Source: an uncultured virus (IMG/VR IMGVR_UViG_3300022923_001281)
Lineage: Duplodnaviria; Heunggongvirae; Uroviricota; Caudoviricetes
IMG/VR virus record: IMGVR_UViG_3300022923_001281
Reading direction: 5' to 3' (one strand)
DNA: 64,000 nt
Positions within the stretch are counted from its first letter, which is position 1. Every line of letters starts with the position of its first letter. The notes beneath the pieces are model-generated. The model searched no databases and was not told where the DNA came from. It saw nothing but the letters and a program-made list of their open reading frames with translations. The position numbers and the translations under genes are program-made. Positions 1-9,230 of this stretch are shown one piece after another.

Positions 1-220
1 CCTTGCTCTCATGTTTTAACAAAAGAGCATTAACTTCGTCTGATTTCATAAGCCAGCCGTTTTCGTTTACAATAAAAACATCACCTGGTTTGTAAAGAAC
101 AGTTTCTTTACCGCCGGTTTTCTTTCCATCTTTAGTCCAGCCCATAACTTCTCCAAGCCAGTCGCCCTTGACTCTGAAGTGAGGTCCTGCTTGTTCTATC
201 ACATAGTCCATCCAAATCAT
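1..220 (-). CDS. hypothetical protein, runs off the window start (MIWMDYVIEQAGPHFRVKGDW...)
   Basis: Open minus-strand frame from ATG at 220, overlapping the stop of 217..474; translated by eye. Confidence 0.6.
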   Translation of the reverse strand, partial: MIWMDYVIEQAGPHFRVKGDWLGEVMGWTKDGKKTGGKETVLYKPGDVFIVNENGWLMKSDEVNALLLKHESK

Positions 221-474
221 ATTGCTTTCTCCGAGTGTTTGAGAATAAAATGTGTGGCTTCTTTTGATTCAGGAAGTATGACACTTATATCGCATTTACA
301 ATAGATATCATCTGGCAACGTTCTACTACCGCTACGTGTTAGCTTCCATTCCCAATTATTTTCTTCTATTGTTTTGTAAACATCTGTGCCAACTTCACGT
401 TGGATCCACATCTGTTCCATATGTGTTTCTTTGTGCGTCCATTTATATTCACAACTGCCTAAATATAGTTCCAT
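217..474 (-). CDS. hypothetical protein
   Basis: 85-aa ORF downstream of a minus-strand TAAATA at 484-489. Confidence 0.6.
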   Translation of the reverse strand: MELYLGSCEYKWTHKETHMEQMWIQREVGTDVYKTIEENNWEWKLTRSGSRTLPDDIYCKCDISVILPESKEATHFILKHSEKAI

Positions 475-607
475 AAAGATACTTATTTAGATTTTGAATT
501 CTCGCAATCACATTTGACACATACATCATTTATACATTCTTTACAGTCTGGAGCGTAACAATGACACTTATGCCCACAACTTTTACAAGTTCTAGGCGCT
601 CCTTTCA

Positions 608-820
608 TTATGTCAATGCCTCTAGTAGTTCTTGTTTTAGATATTCTTTGCCTTTTAAAAACTCTTTGATATGGTCGTTGTTTTCTTTTGTATCCAACGG
701 CATAGCTGTGCCTACCATTTCTGTGTCAGCTGGTAGTATGTCAGCTATCGTCATCCCCTTTTCGAACATCATCATTCCCTCCTGTGCTATTAGACTGGAC
801 ATTACCAGTTTTGTATTCAT
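608..820 (-). CDS. hypothetical protein
   Basis: 70-aa ORF in a minus-strand gene run; real start may be a downstream Met. Confidence 0.5.
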   Translation of the reverse strand: MNTKLVMSSLIAQEGMMMFEKGMTIADILPADTEMVGTAMPLDTKENNDHIKEFLKGKEYLKQELLEALT

Positions 821-1088
821 CCACCAGGCGTTGTAATTCGTCCTGTCTCTGTGGATTTAATTTTGCTCTGTATTCCAAAACCATTGACAGTTTTTGATTA
901 AGTCTAATCATGTCATTATCTAACATGCGAACACGATCGACTAGTTTTATTAGAGTACCCATTGTCTCACCAATTACTGGATCAATAGTTTCAGTTACCC
1001 ATTTCCATATAAAATAGATAAAGTAACCCATGCCCATTGCGGCAATAATTGGAAATCCATATTCGCTTACAGCAGCCGCAATATCCAT
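741..1088 (-). CDS. small membrane protein (YvrJ-like / holin-like)
   Basis: N-terminal GFPI motif + TM helix + coiled coil; paralog of 1267..1557. Confidence 0.6.
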   Translation of the reverse strand: MDIAAAVSEYGFPIIAAMGMGYFIYFIWKWVTETIDPVIGETMGTLIKLVDRVRMLDNDMIRLNQKLSMVLEYRAKLNPQRQDELQRLVDEYKTGNVQSNSTGGNDDVRKGDDDS

Positions 1089-1283
1089 TTATTCTCCAAA
1101 CATGTCCATAAGTTCAGGGCCAAAGTTACCAGCAGCCCATCCAAGAGCTACTATTGCTACCACGCCCATTACTAACCATTTCATTTTGAAATCGTCTACA
1201 TCCATTCTTAGTGCTACTAGTTCATTTCCTAGTATTCTCACACTTACTTCTAGTTTACCTTTATCATCAGTCGCGTCTGGCAT
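1089..1283 (-). CDS. small single-TM membrane protein
   Basis: Hydrophobic WLVMGVVAIVALGWAAG; abuts its neighbours. Confidence 0.6.
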   Translation of the reverse strand: MPDATDDKGKLEVSVRILGNELVALRMDVDDFKMKWLVMGVVAIVALGWAAGNFGPELMDMFGE

Positions 1284-1545
1284 CTTCTTTTCCTTCGTTT
1301 GCTGCTAACCTATCTACATTAGGTCTAACGTTCAAAGTATAACTTAACAACGCATCAATCTTAATAAGATCGTTGTTCATAGTTTGAACTCTATTATCTA
1401 ATTGTCCTATGATATTTTTTAGAGTTGTAACTCCTCCGGTTACACCTGCTAGAATAAATTTCAATGTAAGGAAAACAAAACCGCCTGCTGCTAAGGCTCC
1501 TGCTATCGGAAAGCCTACATCCCCTACTAAAGTTAAAAAATCCAT
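1267..1545 (-). CDS. small membrane protein (YvrJ-like / holin-like)
   Basis: MDFLTLVGDVGFPIAGAL...; GAGGG SD-like sequence upstream; shares GFPI and RV..NDxI motifs with 741..1088. Confidence 0.65.
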   Translation of the reverse strand: MDFLTLVGDVGFPIAGALAAGGFVFLTLKFILAGVTGGVTTLKNIIGQLDNRVQTMNNDLIKIDALLSYTLNVRPNVDRLAANEGKEDARRD

Positions 1546-1580
1546 GTGCGCCCTCACGCTCTGCTACAAACATATTTAGC

Positions 1581-1609
1581 TTGACAAACAAATAAAATGG
1601 CTATATAAT
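1581..1609 (+). promoter_or_regulatory. sigma70-type early promoter
   Basis: Perfect TTGACA-N17-TATAAT; divergent from a minus-strand TAAATA at ~1573-1578. Confidence 0.85.
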
Positions 1610-1629
1610 AAGTATTATTGGAGGAAAAA

Positions 1630-2307
1630 ATGGCTACTACAGAAGAAAAACAAGAACTAGTTGAAGATCTTAAAGGTCCTAGATATTACACAATACGCAT
1701 TAGAGGTTACGGTTGCGAATGTGGTTATCTTTCATTAACTAAAGATCAATACGATTATTGGAATAAACTAAACGAAGATGATACAAACTTAGTTGCTAGT
1801 TATTTTTTAGATCCTGATGATTTTGATGAAGTAGTAATTCCCGATGGTTCTGCTTTTTTGTATGACGAAGAAGGAGAATACAACCAAATGTGGTATGATT
1901 GTGACAAATTAGTCGAACATCAATATGGTGTTGATTTCAGCAGTGCTATTATAGATATAGACGAAGTTGCTGGTCCTGATTGGGGTGATGCTGTAATAAA
2001 AGAAGTTGTAAGCGAAGATTTACCTGAGTGGACTGAAAATAATAGTATTCCTGTAGATATGGAAGTTACTGAAGCAGATGAACCTGAATATACTGTACAG
2101 ATTTTTAATGCTGAGAAAGGCACGTTTTTTGATGGTATAATTGAAACTACAGGAGAATTTGATCCAAAACAATTAAAAATTTATACTATGGAATATTGGA
2201 ACGGTGATGACACTCTAACTAGTGTTACCTATAAAGGTGAGGAAGTTGACAACAATGGCGGCGATACAATGAGCAAAGGTTCTAGTGTGTATTTTTGGAG
2301 AAACTAA
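1630..2307 (+). CDS. acidic hypothetical phage protein
   Basis: GGAGG SD then ATG at 1630; very D/E-rich. Confidence 0.8.
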   Translation: MATTEEKQELVEDLKGPRYYTIRIRGYGCECGYLSLTKDQYDYWNKLNEDDTNLVASYFLDPDDFDEVVIPDGSAFLYDEEGEYNQMWYDCDKLVEHQYGVDFSSAIIDIDEVAGPDWGDAVIKEVVSEDLPEWTENNSIPVDMEVTEADEPEYTVQIFNAEKGTFFDGIIETTGEFDPKQLKIYTMEYWNGDDTLTSVTYKGEEVDNNGGDTMSKGSSVYFWRN

Positions 2308-2489
2308 TGAAGTGGAAGGTTGTTACACAAAACGATCATTATATTGTAGAAAGCAATAGTAGTAAGGATGCTGTTGCTATTGTAGTAGATAAACACAAAG
2401 ATAAGTCTACAATTAAATCTGTGACAATTGAACCAAAAAATATAATTGGAAAGACACGTAGACTATGGAGAAATACATTTGGTAAATAA
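2307..2489 (+). CDS. hypothetical protein
   Basis: TAATG-coupled start. Confidence 0.55.
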   Translation: MKWKVVTQNDHYIVESNSSKDAVAIVVDKHKDKSTIKSVTIEPKNIIGKTRRLWRNTFGK

Positions 2490-2667
2490 TTATGAATATA
2501 AAGTAGAAGACATATTTGAAGATATCGAAGGTGATGATAAAAATGTGTTGATGAACATCCCTCCTGAAATTAGAGAACAGTTGGGGTGGAAAGAAGGCGA
2601 TGTGCTTAGTGTTAAAATAGAGAAAGGAATCATCGTTTTAGAAAAAAAAGAGAATGACGAAAAATAA
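2446..2667 (+). CDS. AbrB/MazE/SpoVT-like DNA-binding protein
   Basis: IPPEIREQLGWKEGDVLSV signature; start uncertain. Confidence 0.7.
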   Translation: MERHVDYGEIHLVNNYEYKVEDIFEDIEGDDKNVLMNIPPEIREQLGWKEGDVLSVKIEKGIIVLEKKENDEK

Positions 2668-2872
2668 AGATATTATAGAAGTAGAAGGCGACATAATAGA
2701 TGTGTTGCCTAACCAAACATTTAAAGTCCGATTAGACAATGAACATTTAGTGGTATGTTATACAGGCGGAAAGATGCGCCAGTTTAAGATAAGACTAGTC
2801 GCTGGAGATAGAGTAAGGATAGAAATGACTCCTTATGATCTAGAAAAAGGACGTATCACACGCAGATTATAG
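2654..2872 (+). CDS. infA: translation initiation factor IF-1
   Basis: IEVEG..LPN..F.V.LDN, GKMR..IR...GDRV.IEM.PYDL.KGRI..R. Confidence 0.95.
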   Translation: MTKNKDIIEVEGDIIDVLPNQTFKVRLDNEHLVVCYTGGKMRQFKIRLVAGDRVRIEMTPYDLEKGRITRRL

Positions 2873-2873
2873 G

Positions 2874-2901
2874 TTGACAATATGCTAGTTTATGCTATTA
2901 T
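2874..2901 (+). promoter_or_regulatory. sigma70-type promoter (extended -10)
   Basis: TTGACA-N16-TATTAT with upstream TG. Confidence 0.65.
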
Positions 2902-2928
2902 ATAGTTATAGGCAGCACAGAGGCAACA

Positions 2929-3327
2929 ATGATATACGTTCAAGGCGGCACAAAAGCTCAAAAAATGTATGCTTACAGCATGGCTGAATTTGTTTGTAAC
3001 AAATTCAATATAAATCCTGACATTGAAATAAGTTTTAGACGTTTGACAAACGATCGTAGTCTTGGTGGTTGTATTCAAGTTGACAATGGCGAATATGAAA
3101 TTGATATTAAACGCAGTCTCCGTTTGCGTGATATGCTTACAACTCTAGCACACGAATTAGTACATGTTAAACAGTACGAGCTAGGGCAACTAAAACAAGA
3201 AAGCGAAAATGAATTTGATTACTGGGATAAACCTAGTGAAATTGAAGCACATGGCAGAGAAACAGGATTGTTTGTAACATGGGCAGAACAAAACAAACTA
3301 GCACATAAGAAATGGACACAGATATGA
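2929..3327 (+). CDS. zincin-like metallopeptidase
   Basis: LAHELVHVKQ (HExxH) and downstream P.EIEA motif. Confidence 0.75.
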   Translation: MIYVQGGTKAQKMYAYSMAEFVCNKFNINPDIEISFRRLTNDRSLGGCIQVDNGEYEIDIKRSLRLRDMLTTLAHELVHVKQYELGQLKQESENEFDYWDKPSEIEAHGRETGLFVTWAEQNKLAHKKWTQI

Positions 3328-4010
3328 GTACTCAATTGTATAATGCTGGTATCGAAATATTAGCAATGGGCTATTATAAAAATGAAAATGCTCGCAGTGG
3401 CGACTACAATCCTGGGCATGAGGATGCTGTTGCTAGTGTGTTAGACACACATGGATTCAAAGGATATACACAAAACGATTTTCCAAACCTTCAACGTTCT
3501 CATTTGAAGCAATGGTGGGAAAGTGATTTTATTGATGACACAGGATTAGCGTTAGCACTAATAGAACTACCAGCAGGCAGTTATGTTCTACAGCCAGGTG
3601 GTACCCAAAGTTTTCCAGACATTCTTGTACGTGATTTTTGTGGAAGATTTGTAGCATTAGAATGTAAAAGCGGCAAAGGTACACATCCTATGTGGAACGA
3701 TAGCACACCTAAGCCAGGAGCAGCTTATATAATGAGTAGTGGTAAACTTAATCAAACTACTTTGTTTATGGGCGAAGATGTAATTACACCTGAACAGCAA
3801 AAAATTATTAACGAAGGCTTAATACAATTACAACAACTTGCTGATAATATTAGTAGTCAAGTAAAAGAACTTGACAAACACAACAGAGGCTTTATAATTA
3901 GTAGTCGTAAACAGTTTTTTCAACAAGGTGGTAAAGAAAAGACTAATTATTTTACACACAATAGTAGACAACAGTGTGAACAAAATGTATTGGAGTTTTT
4001 GAGTGCTTAA
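3324..4010 (+). CDS. putative PD-(D/E)xK restriction endonuclease
   Basis: QSFPDILV...ALECKS catalytic motif; overlaps the methyltransferase gene. Confidence 0.65.
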   Translation: MSTQLYNAGIEILAMGYYKNENARSGDYNPGHEDAVASVLDTHGFKGYTQNDFPNLQRSHLKQWWESDFIDDTGLALALIELPAGSYVLQPGGTQSFPDILVRDFCGRFVALECKSGKGTHPMWNDSTPKPGAAYIMSSGKLNQTTLFMGEDVITPEQQKIINEGLIQLQQLADNISSQVKELDKHNRGFIISSRKQFFQQGGKEKTNYFTHNSRQQCEQNVLEFLSA

Positions 4011-4926
4011 ACCTGTAAATGAAAATTTACACACAGTAACTATAAAAGACATAGAAGATCACAAGTTAATCACAGACGATGAACTCAATAGAGATCTTAA
4101 GAATCTAAAAAGATTTACCGCAGAAGAAAATGCTAACAACTTCTACGGTAATCCTTTCTTATATCATTTCCAATTTAAAAACTTGTTAAAATGTCGTAGA
4201 GATAAAGGTAAAACTATCTACGACATTCACAACGATAGCGAAGCGTGGAATAAACTTATAGACAGTACACGTAAACGTAATCGTGGAGGCAGAACACCAG
4301 CAGGTAATGTATATGAGTGTTTTAGAATAAACTTAGGCAGTATTGTAATGTTTAAGAGTACAACAGCCAAGTATCTTTATAAAAAATATAATGTTAAACA
4401 TGTATTAGATCCAACCGCCGGCTGGGGTGGCAGACTGTTGGGTGCTTGGGCATTGGATATTGATTATACAGGAATAGACACAAACACAGAAATGCGTGAT
4501 GCGTATAATTATATGATACAATATCTCGACAACTACAGCGACTTTGGTAATAGTTTGATACAGGAGCAACGTAACTCAACACAGCGTATGATATGGCAAA
4601 GTTGCTTAGATGTAGATTTTAGTGCTATAGATTATGATTTTGTGCTTACATCTCCGCCTTATGTAAACTTAGAAATATACGAGCATATGACGCCTTGGGA
4701 ACAAGACGAAGACTTTTATGTGAACTTTTTTATTCCACTTTGGCAAAAGTGTGTAAATAATATTAAAACAGGAGGCAATGTGTGCTTTAATATTTCTCCT
4801 AAAATGTATGATGATGCTATAAAGCATGGATTAACACCTTGTGACGATGAAGAAGACTTGTTACAGCAACTAGGACAACAAAAGGGCAAAAAGAAACAAG
4901 ATAAAATTTATATTTGGAAATGTTAG
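4003..4926 (+). CDS. DNA amino-methyltransferase (N4-C/N6-A)
   Basis: VLDPTAGWGG (SAM-binding motif I) and LTSPPY (motif IV). Confidence 0.85.
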   Translation: MLKPVNENLHTVTIKDIEDHKLITDDELNRDLKNLKRFTAEENANNFYGNPFLYHFQFKNLLKCRRDKGKTIYDIHNDSEAWNKLIDSTRKRNRGGRTPAGNVYECFRINLGSIVMFKSTTAKYLYKKYNVKHVLDPTAGWGGRLLGAWALDIDYTGIDTNTEMRDAYNYMIQYLDNYSDFGNSLIQEQRNSTQRMIWQSCLDVDFSAIDYDFVLTSPPYVNLEIYEHMTPWEQDEDFYVNFFIPLWQKCVNNIKTGGNVCFNISPKMYDDAIKHGLTPCDDEEDLLQQLGQQKGKKKQDKIYIWKC

Positions 4927-4927
4927 G

Positions 4928-4956
4928 TTGACAATAGACTCTAGTCCTGCTATATT
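4928..4956 (+). promoter_or_regulatory. sigma70-type promoter (extended -10)
   Basis: TTGACA-N17-TATATT, TGc before the -10. Confidence 0.75.
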
Positions 4957-5002
4957 AAGTTATAGAAAATTGTTACCAAAGATAAAGGCACTGGTGAAGG
5001 CA

Positions 5003-5686
5003 ATGACATCTTATAAAACTGAACATCTTATTGAACTTGCTTATGCGGCATATCGTGTTAACAACGGTTATGAAAAGCAAACTCGTCGTTACAGCGAAGG
5101 ACAACCTACAACTTTTAGCAATAAAGAACTGATCGCATTCACAGCTCACGGTGAATGGAAACCAGAAGATTTTGTTCCTCTCACTATTAAGGAAGAAGAT
5201 CGTAAGGCAGCTAAAGAAGGCGAAAAGCATATGCGCCGCTATACAATGTTAGCGTTAGGCGACCTGCCGCAGTTTGAATCAGATTTATTTGCTGCCTATA
5301 GCAGTGACGAAACTAACATTGGTAGAGTAGGATTAATTGCCTACTTACCAGCGTTTGTTGATAGAGAACTAGCAAACAAAGAATATAAATTACGTTTGAA
5401 AACAGAGTTCTCAGAAAGTAAACACCTCAAAGGAGATAGGCTTGAGCCTACTGAGGTAGAAATATTGAAGGTCATTACATTAAACAGTGACTGGATAACG
5501 GAACCAGCATTTATGCACTTTGGTGCTATTGGTAAAGACTTGGTGTGCTTTACTGTAAAAAATAAATATGCTGTAGGAGATACGTATGACATTGTCGCAC
5601 GTATAAAAGGGGAGGATCTCGAGCGTGATTCAAATACACCAATGACACGCTTAAATTATGTAAAGCTCAGAAAACAGGAGATCTAA
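5003..5686 (+). CDS. hypothetical phage protein (possible C-terminal OB fold)
   Basis: ATG at 5003 after GAAGG; the TTG at 4928 is part of the promoter. Confidence 0.7.
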   Translation: MTSYKTEHLIELAYAAYRVNNGYEKQTRRYSEGQPTTFSNKELIAFTAHGEWKPEDFVPLTIKEEDRKAAKEGEKHMRRYTMLALGDLPQFESDLFAAYSSDETNIGRVGLIAYLPAFVDRELANKEYKLRLKTEFSESKHLKGDRLEPTEVEILKVITLNSDWITEPAFMHFGAIGKDLVCFTVKNKYAVGDTYDIVARIKGEDLERDSNTPMTRLNYVKLRKQEI

Positions 5687-5687
5687 T

Positions 5688-5933
5688 ATGAATCGAGTTA
5701 CAAAAAAATTCTTAGGCAAAGTATTGCCTCCATTTGGTATCATGGGTTATGTAATGGTTGTAATGACCTTAAGCACTATGGCACCAACACTAGCATTACA
5801 AATTGGTATTCCAATTGTATTTTTACTAGTGCCACTTTTTGGTTACATGTTCTATGAATCATGGAAAGATGCTAAACGTGAAGTGGAATGGGAAGATAGA
5901 GACTTACTAAGGGACATTGAAAGTAATGTTTAA
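5688..5933 (+). CDS. two-TM membrane protein
   Basis: AGGAG SD; two hydrophobic helices. Confidence 0.7.
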   Translation: MNRVTKKFLGKVLPPFGIMGYVMVVMTLSTMAPTLALQIGIPIVFLLVPLFGYMFYESWKDAKREVEWEDRDLLRDIESNV

Positions 5934-7139
5934 TTACTACAATATTTGGTTAGTTGATGCCGATGGACGCAAAATTAAGCACATCGACACAGTCAAATGT
6001 CTAAGCAAAAGCACTGCGGAACAGCAGTGCTTTATGCGCTATGGTTCTGCGAGTAAATACAGTGGATGGGGCAGAGACAACTTTAAGGCAGAAGTAGCAT
6101 GAATATGATGATGTGGATAGGGCTCACGTATATAGCAGGTTCTTATGCGGGATTTTTATTAGGACGTGGTAAACTTGAAGACGCAATTGATTTAACTATT
6201 GATTCATTGATTAACAATGGTTTTTTGCGGCACAAAAAAAATAAAGATGGCGAAGTAGAAATTATGAAGTGGAATGAAAATGAGTCATGATTATCTAGGT
6301 ATTGAAGATACTTTAGACGAAGACGATTATGCTGTAGTTATTGGAAAAGACGGCAGTCTAAAAGGACTGTACATTCCAACGACAGATGAAGAAGCTGAAG
6401 TTCCAGAATCAGTTTGTTATTTTCTTAAAAAATACTGGGGTATCGATGCTAATGACCCAGAAACATTTCCAACGATACATTGATGACACCTATAGAAATA
6501 TTTGAATACAAGTTACGTTGGAAACCTGGCTATGTTGTAAGGTTACACAGTGATGTAGTAGACAAGGGCAAAACTTGGTGTCGTAGAAATTTACAAAGAC
6601 ATCAGTGGAGTATGACAGATTGGACAGGACCATACGAACATACTTTTCACTTTGAGGATAAAACAGCAGGGCAAAACTTTGAAATAGAGATGGCCCCGTA
6701 TGCGAACCAAGAATCTGTCTGAACAACAAATTTACGAAATGGGTAAGGCATGGAATGACGCCATCGAAGGCAATCCACTACCTTTTATTACTAACGAAGA
6801 GCTAGAATCTAAATATCCAAAGCTAAAACGTTTGGGAGATAAGTACCGTAGTGAATTAGAAAAATATAGAATATGGGAAGAACTTAAATGACATCTACAA
6901 GAACTGAAGCTATCGCACTACTAATTGATTTAGCTAACCAGATGGAAATCCAAGATAATATAGATTGGGGATTATTAAACATCAAAGAAGCTGATGCGTA
7001 TGAACTTATGGCTAACAGTGTAGTTGATCAATTTAATAGTGTAAATCCTGAATATCACCACACAGTGATGATGGCTACTATTGTAAAATTGCTTGTAGAA
7101 AATTTTGTGTTAAATCTTAGGATAAGAGGCCAAGGATGA
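5917..7139 (+). CDS. run of six small coupled hypothetical ORFs (5917-6102, 6099-6290, 6274-6483, 6480-6722, 6700-6891, 6888-7139)
   Basis: Overlapping starts/stops and gap-free tiling. Confidence 0.6.
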
Positions 7140-7666
7140 TACACAAAGGACATATCAAACCCTCTTGGGATATCGAAGAGTTCAAATCTTTAGACTACAA
7201 GTTTGACACTCACAAAGACAATGACTTACTCAACGAGTTTGCCAGTGTTGGGCATAGTAAAATGTATATGACATTATACAATTACTTCCAGCCAAATCCT
7301 TTACCGCCAGTGGTGTTTGATTATATTGTTCCGCAGTTTGAAATTACTAATGTTAGTGTAGCAATCAACTTGTTTACACCTGGACAATATCTACCGCTAC
7401 ACGGAGATTTATACGGCAAGTATAAAACATTTCACGGATTGAAAAATCAAAACATTAGACGCTTTGTTGTAATGCTAGAAGACAGTGTGCCAGGACAAAT
7501 CTCGCAAGTGTGTGATCAAACATATGGCAAATGGCGTGCTGGTGATTGGTTTGGTTGGGACAATGATGATCCACATGCTGTATACAACTTCAGCACCGTA
7601 TGGCGCTATGGTATACAAATCACTGGTGTGCCTAAAGAAGAACAAATGGATTTAAATTTAGGTTGA
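7136..7666 (+). CDS. 2OG-Fe(II) oxygenase / cupin-fold protein
   Basis: PGQYLPLHGD (HxD) ... W..GDWFGW...PH..N; paralog at 63574. Confidence 0.75.
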   Translation: MIHKGHIKPSWDIEEFKSLDYKFDTHKDNDLLNEFASVGHSKMYMTLYNYFQPNPLPPVVFDYIVPQFEITNVSVAINLFTPGQYLPLHGDLYGKYKTFHGLKNQNIRRFVVMLEDSVPGQISQVCDQTYGKWRAGDWFGWDNDDPHAVYNFSTVWRYGIQITGVPKEEQMDLNLG

Positions 7667-7693
7667 CAAATACCAAATTTGCTGTTATAAATA
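7663..7693 (+). promoter_or_regulatory. overlapping sigma70 promoter and T4-type late promoter
   Basis: TTGACA 7663-7668, N17, TATAAATA 7686-7693. Confidence 0.65.
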
Positions 7694-7721
7694 ATGTGTA
7701 TTAACATCTAAGGATAGGCAA

Positions 7722-8222
7722 ATGAAAAGGTCACTTTCTACAGTAGCAGCCCTCGCACTAATGGCTACCACAGCATCAGCTGAAACAAGGTATGCTACTA
7801 TTACAAATATTAAAACTAATTATCAGGAAATTACAACCAACCAACCAGTAAACATCTGTAGCGATGTTGAAGTGCCAATCTATGGCAACACTGGCGGAGG
7901 CGCATCAGGTGGTGATGTGCTAACTGGTATGATTATTGGTGGTTTGCTAGGCAAAGGTGCTACAGGCAAAGACAATGGCGCTGCCGCAGGTGCTGTAATT
8001 GGCGGCATTATCGCTGCTGATCAGAATAAAGGACAACGTGTAATCACAGGTTACAGAGTCGAACGCCAATGTAGACAAGAAAATCGTTACACCACACAAC
8101 GTCAAGTCAAAAACTATCGTATCACATACGAATGGGATGGTGTGCGAGCAAGTAGTTATACCTACAATAGATATAACGTAGGTGATCGTATTCCAGTTTC
8201 AGTGAGCATTGTAGCACAATGA
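7722..8222 (+). CDS. secreted glycine-zipper 2TM (YcfJ-like) protein
   Basis: Signal peptide; GMIIGGLLG...GAAAGAVIGG zipper; conserved Cys pair. Confidence 0.8.
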   Translation: MKRSLSTVAALALMATTASAETRYATITNIKTNYQEITTNQPVNICSDVEVPIYGNTGGGASGGDVLTGMIIGGLLGKGATGKDNGAAAGAVIGGIIAADQNKGQRVITGYRVERQCRQENRYTTQRQVKNYRITYEWDGVRASSYTYNRYNVGDRIPVSVSIVAQ

Positions 8223-8440
8223 GTGGATACAAAATTGATGAGGTAATAGGTTTACTATACCAAATCAATCTGCGTCTAAAGCGTATCGAAGACCATATGG
8301 AACTTGACGAGCAGGAACTAGAAGACATTCTTAAACAATTAGATGAAGAATTATCTACACCTCCTGCTCAAACCAAACCTAAGTTGACTGTGGTCAAAGA
8401 TGAACCTGATGATAACGTGTTTGAGTTTATACCTCGGTGA
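8219..8440 (+). CDS. hypothetical protein
   Basis: ATGA-coupled; its stop codon lies inside the 5' end of tRNA-Ser. Confidence 0.6.
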   Translation: MSGYKIDEVIGLLYQINLRLKRIEDHMELDEQELEDILKQLDEELSTPPAQTKPKLTVVKDEPDDNVFEFIPR

Positions 8441-8525
8441 CGTGGCTGAGTGGTCGAAAGCACCTCCCTGCTAAGGAGGCGTACCTTAACGGGTACCCAG
8501 GGTTCGAATCCCTGCGTCACCGCCA
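8436..8525 (+). tRNA. tRNA-Ser(GCT)
   Basis: GGTGACG/CGTCACC acceptor, CCTCC-CT-GCT-AA-GGAGG anticodon arm, long variable arm, GGTTCGAATCC, encoded CCA. Confidence 0.95.
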
Positions 8526-8542
8526 GTATAAATACTCGTGTT

Positions 8543-8618
8543 GCCCCTATAGCTCAGCTGGTAGAGCAACTGATTTGTAATCAGTAGGTCCGCGGTTCGA
8601 GTCCGTGTGGGGGCACCA
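8543..8618 (+). tRNA. tRNA-Thr(TGT)
   Basis: Canonical 76-nt cloverleaf, CTGA-TT-TGT-AA-TCAG, encoded CCA; TATAAATA at 8527-8534 upstream. Confidence 0.95.
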
Positions 8619-8630
8619 TTAGGAGGACAA

Positions 8631-9227
8631 ATGTCATTATATATCAATCGTACTGCTACTCAAAAAGGATTAACCTTTGTCCACATTCCAAAGTGTGCTG
8701 GGTCTAGCATAAAATATGCTTTGAAAGAAGCATTTCCTGAAGCAGTTGATACAAATTTTCATCACAACATTGGAAACAAAAATTTAAAAACATACTGGTC
8801 GTTTGCTGTGTTTAGAGACCCAATACAACGTGCTCTAAGTATGTATAACGAAGTATTTAACGTTTTATCAAGTCGTCCAAAAACATTAGAAAAAATTACA
8901 AAACTTTCAGCAAACGATATATACGACAATATTACGTTTGATATATTTGTACAACAATGGTTTAATCAATCAATAAATGGTATTAAACCTAGCAAAGAAC
9001 AGGTAAGATACATTAGCAATGACAGTGGAATAGTAGTAGATAAAGTTATTCCGTTTCATAAACTTACTGAACAATGGGCTGAAATTGAGGATTTTTGTAA
9101 AAAAGACATTCCTCTGCCAAAATTACGTGTTGGAAAATTTAAAACAATCAAAATGGAAGATACAACAAAGACTATACTTGAACAGTACTATGCTAAAGAT
9201 ATTCAATACTGGAACACAATAAAATAA
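8631..9227 (+). CDS. sulfotransferase family protein
   Basis: FVHIPKCAGSS (5'-PSB loop), FRDPIQRALS (3'-PB), C-terminal YYAKD; AGGAGG SD. Confidence 0.85.
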   Translation: MSLYINRTATQKGLTFVHIPKCAGSSIKYALKEAFPEAVDTNFHHNIGNKNLKTYWSFAVFRDPIQRALSMYNEVFNVLSSRPKTLEKITKLSANDIYDNITFDIFVQQWFNQSINGIKPSKEQVRYISNDSGIVVDKVIPFHKLTEQWAEIEDFCKKDIPLPKLRVGKFKTIKMEDTTKTILEQYYAKDIQYWNTIK

Positions 9228-9230
9228 CTT

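Noticed and set aside
4928..5002. TTG start and N-terminal extension of ORF 4928..5686
   Set aside because: The TTG is the -35 box of a consensus promoter; the ATG at 5003 has an SD-like sequence.
8526..8630. HDV-like (theta) ribozymes at tRNA 3' ends
   Set aside because: The sequences following each tRNA are short spacers, promoters or SD/ORF starts, with no nested double-pseudoknot pattern.
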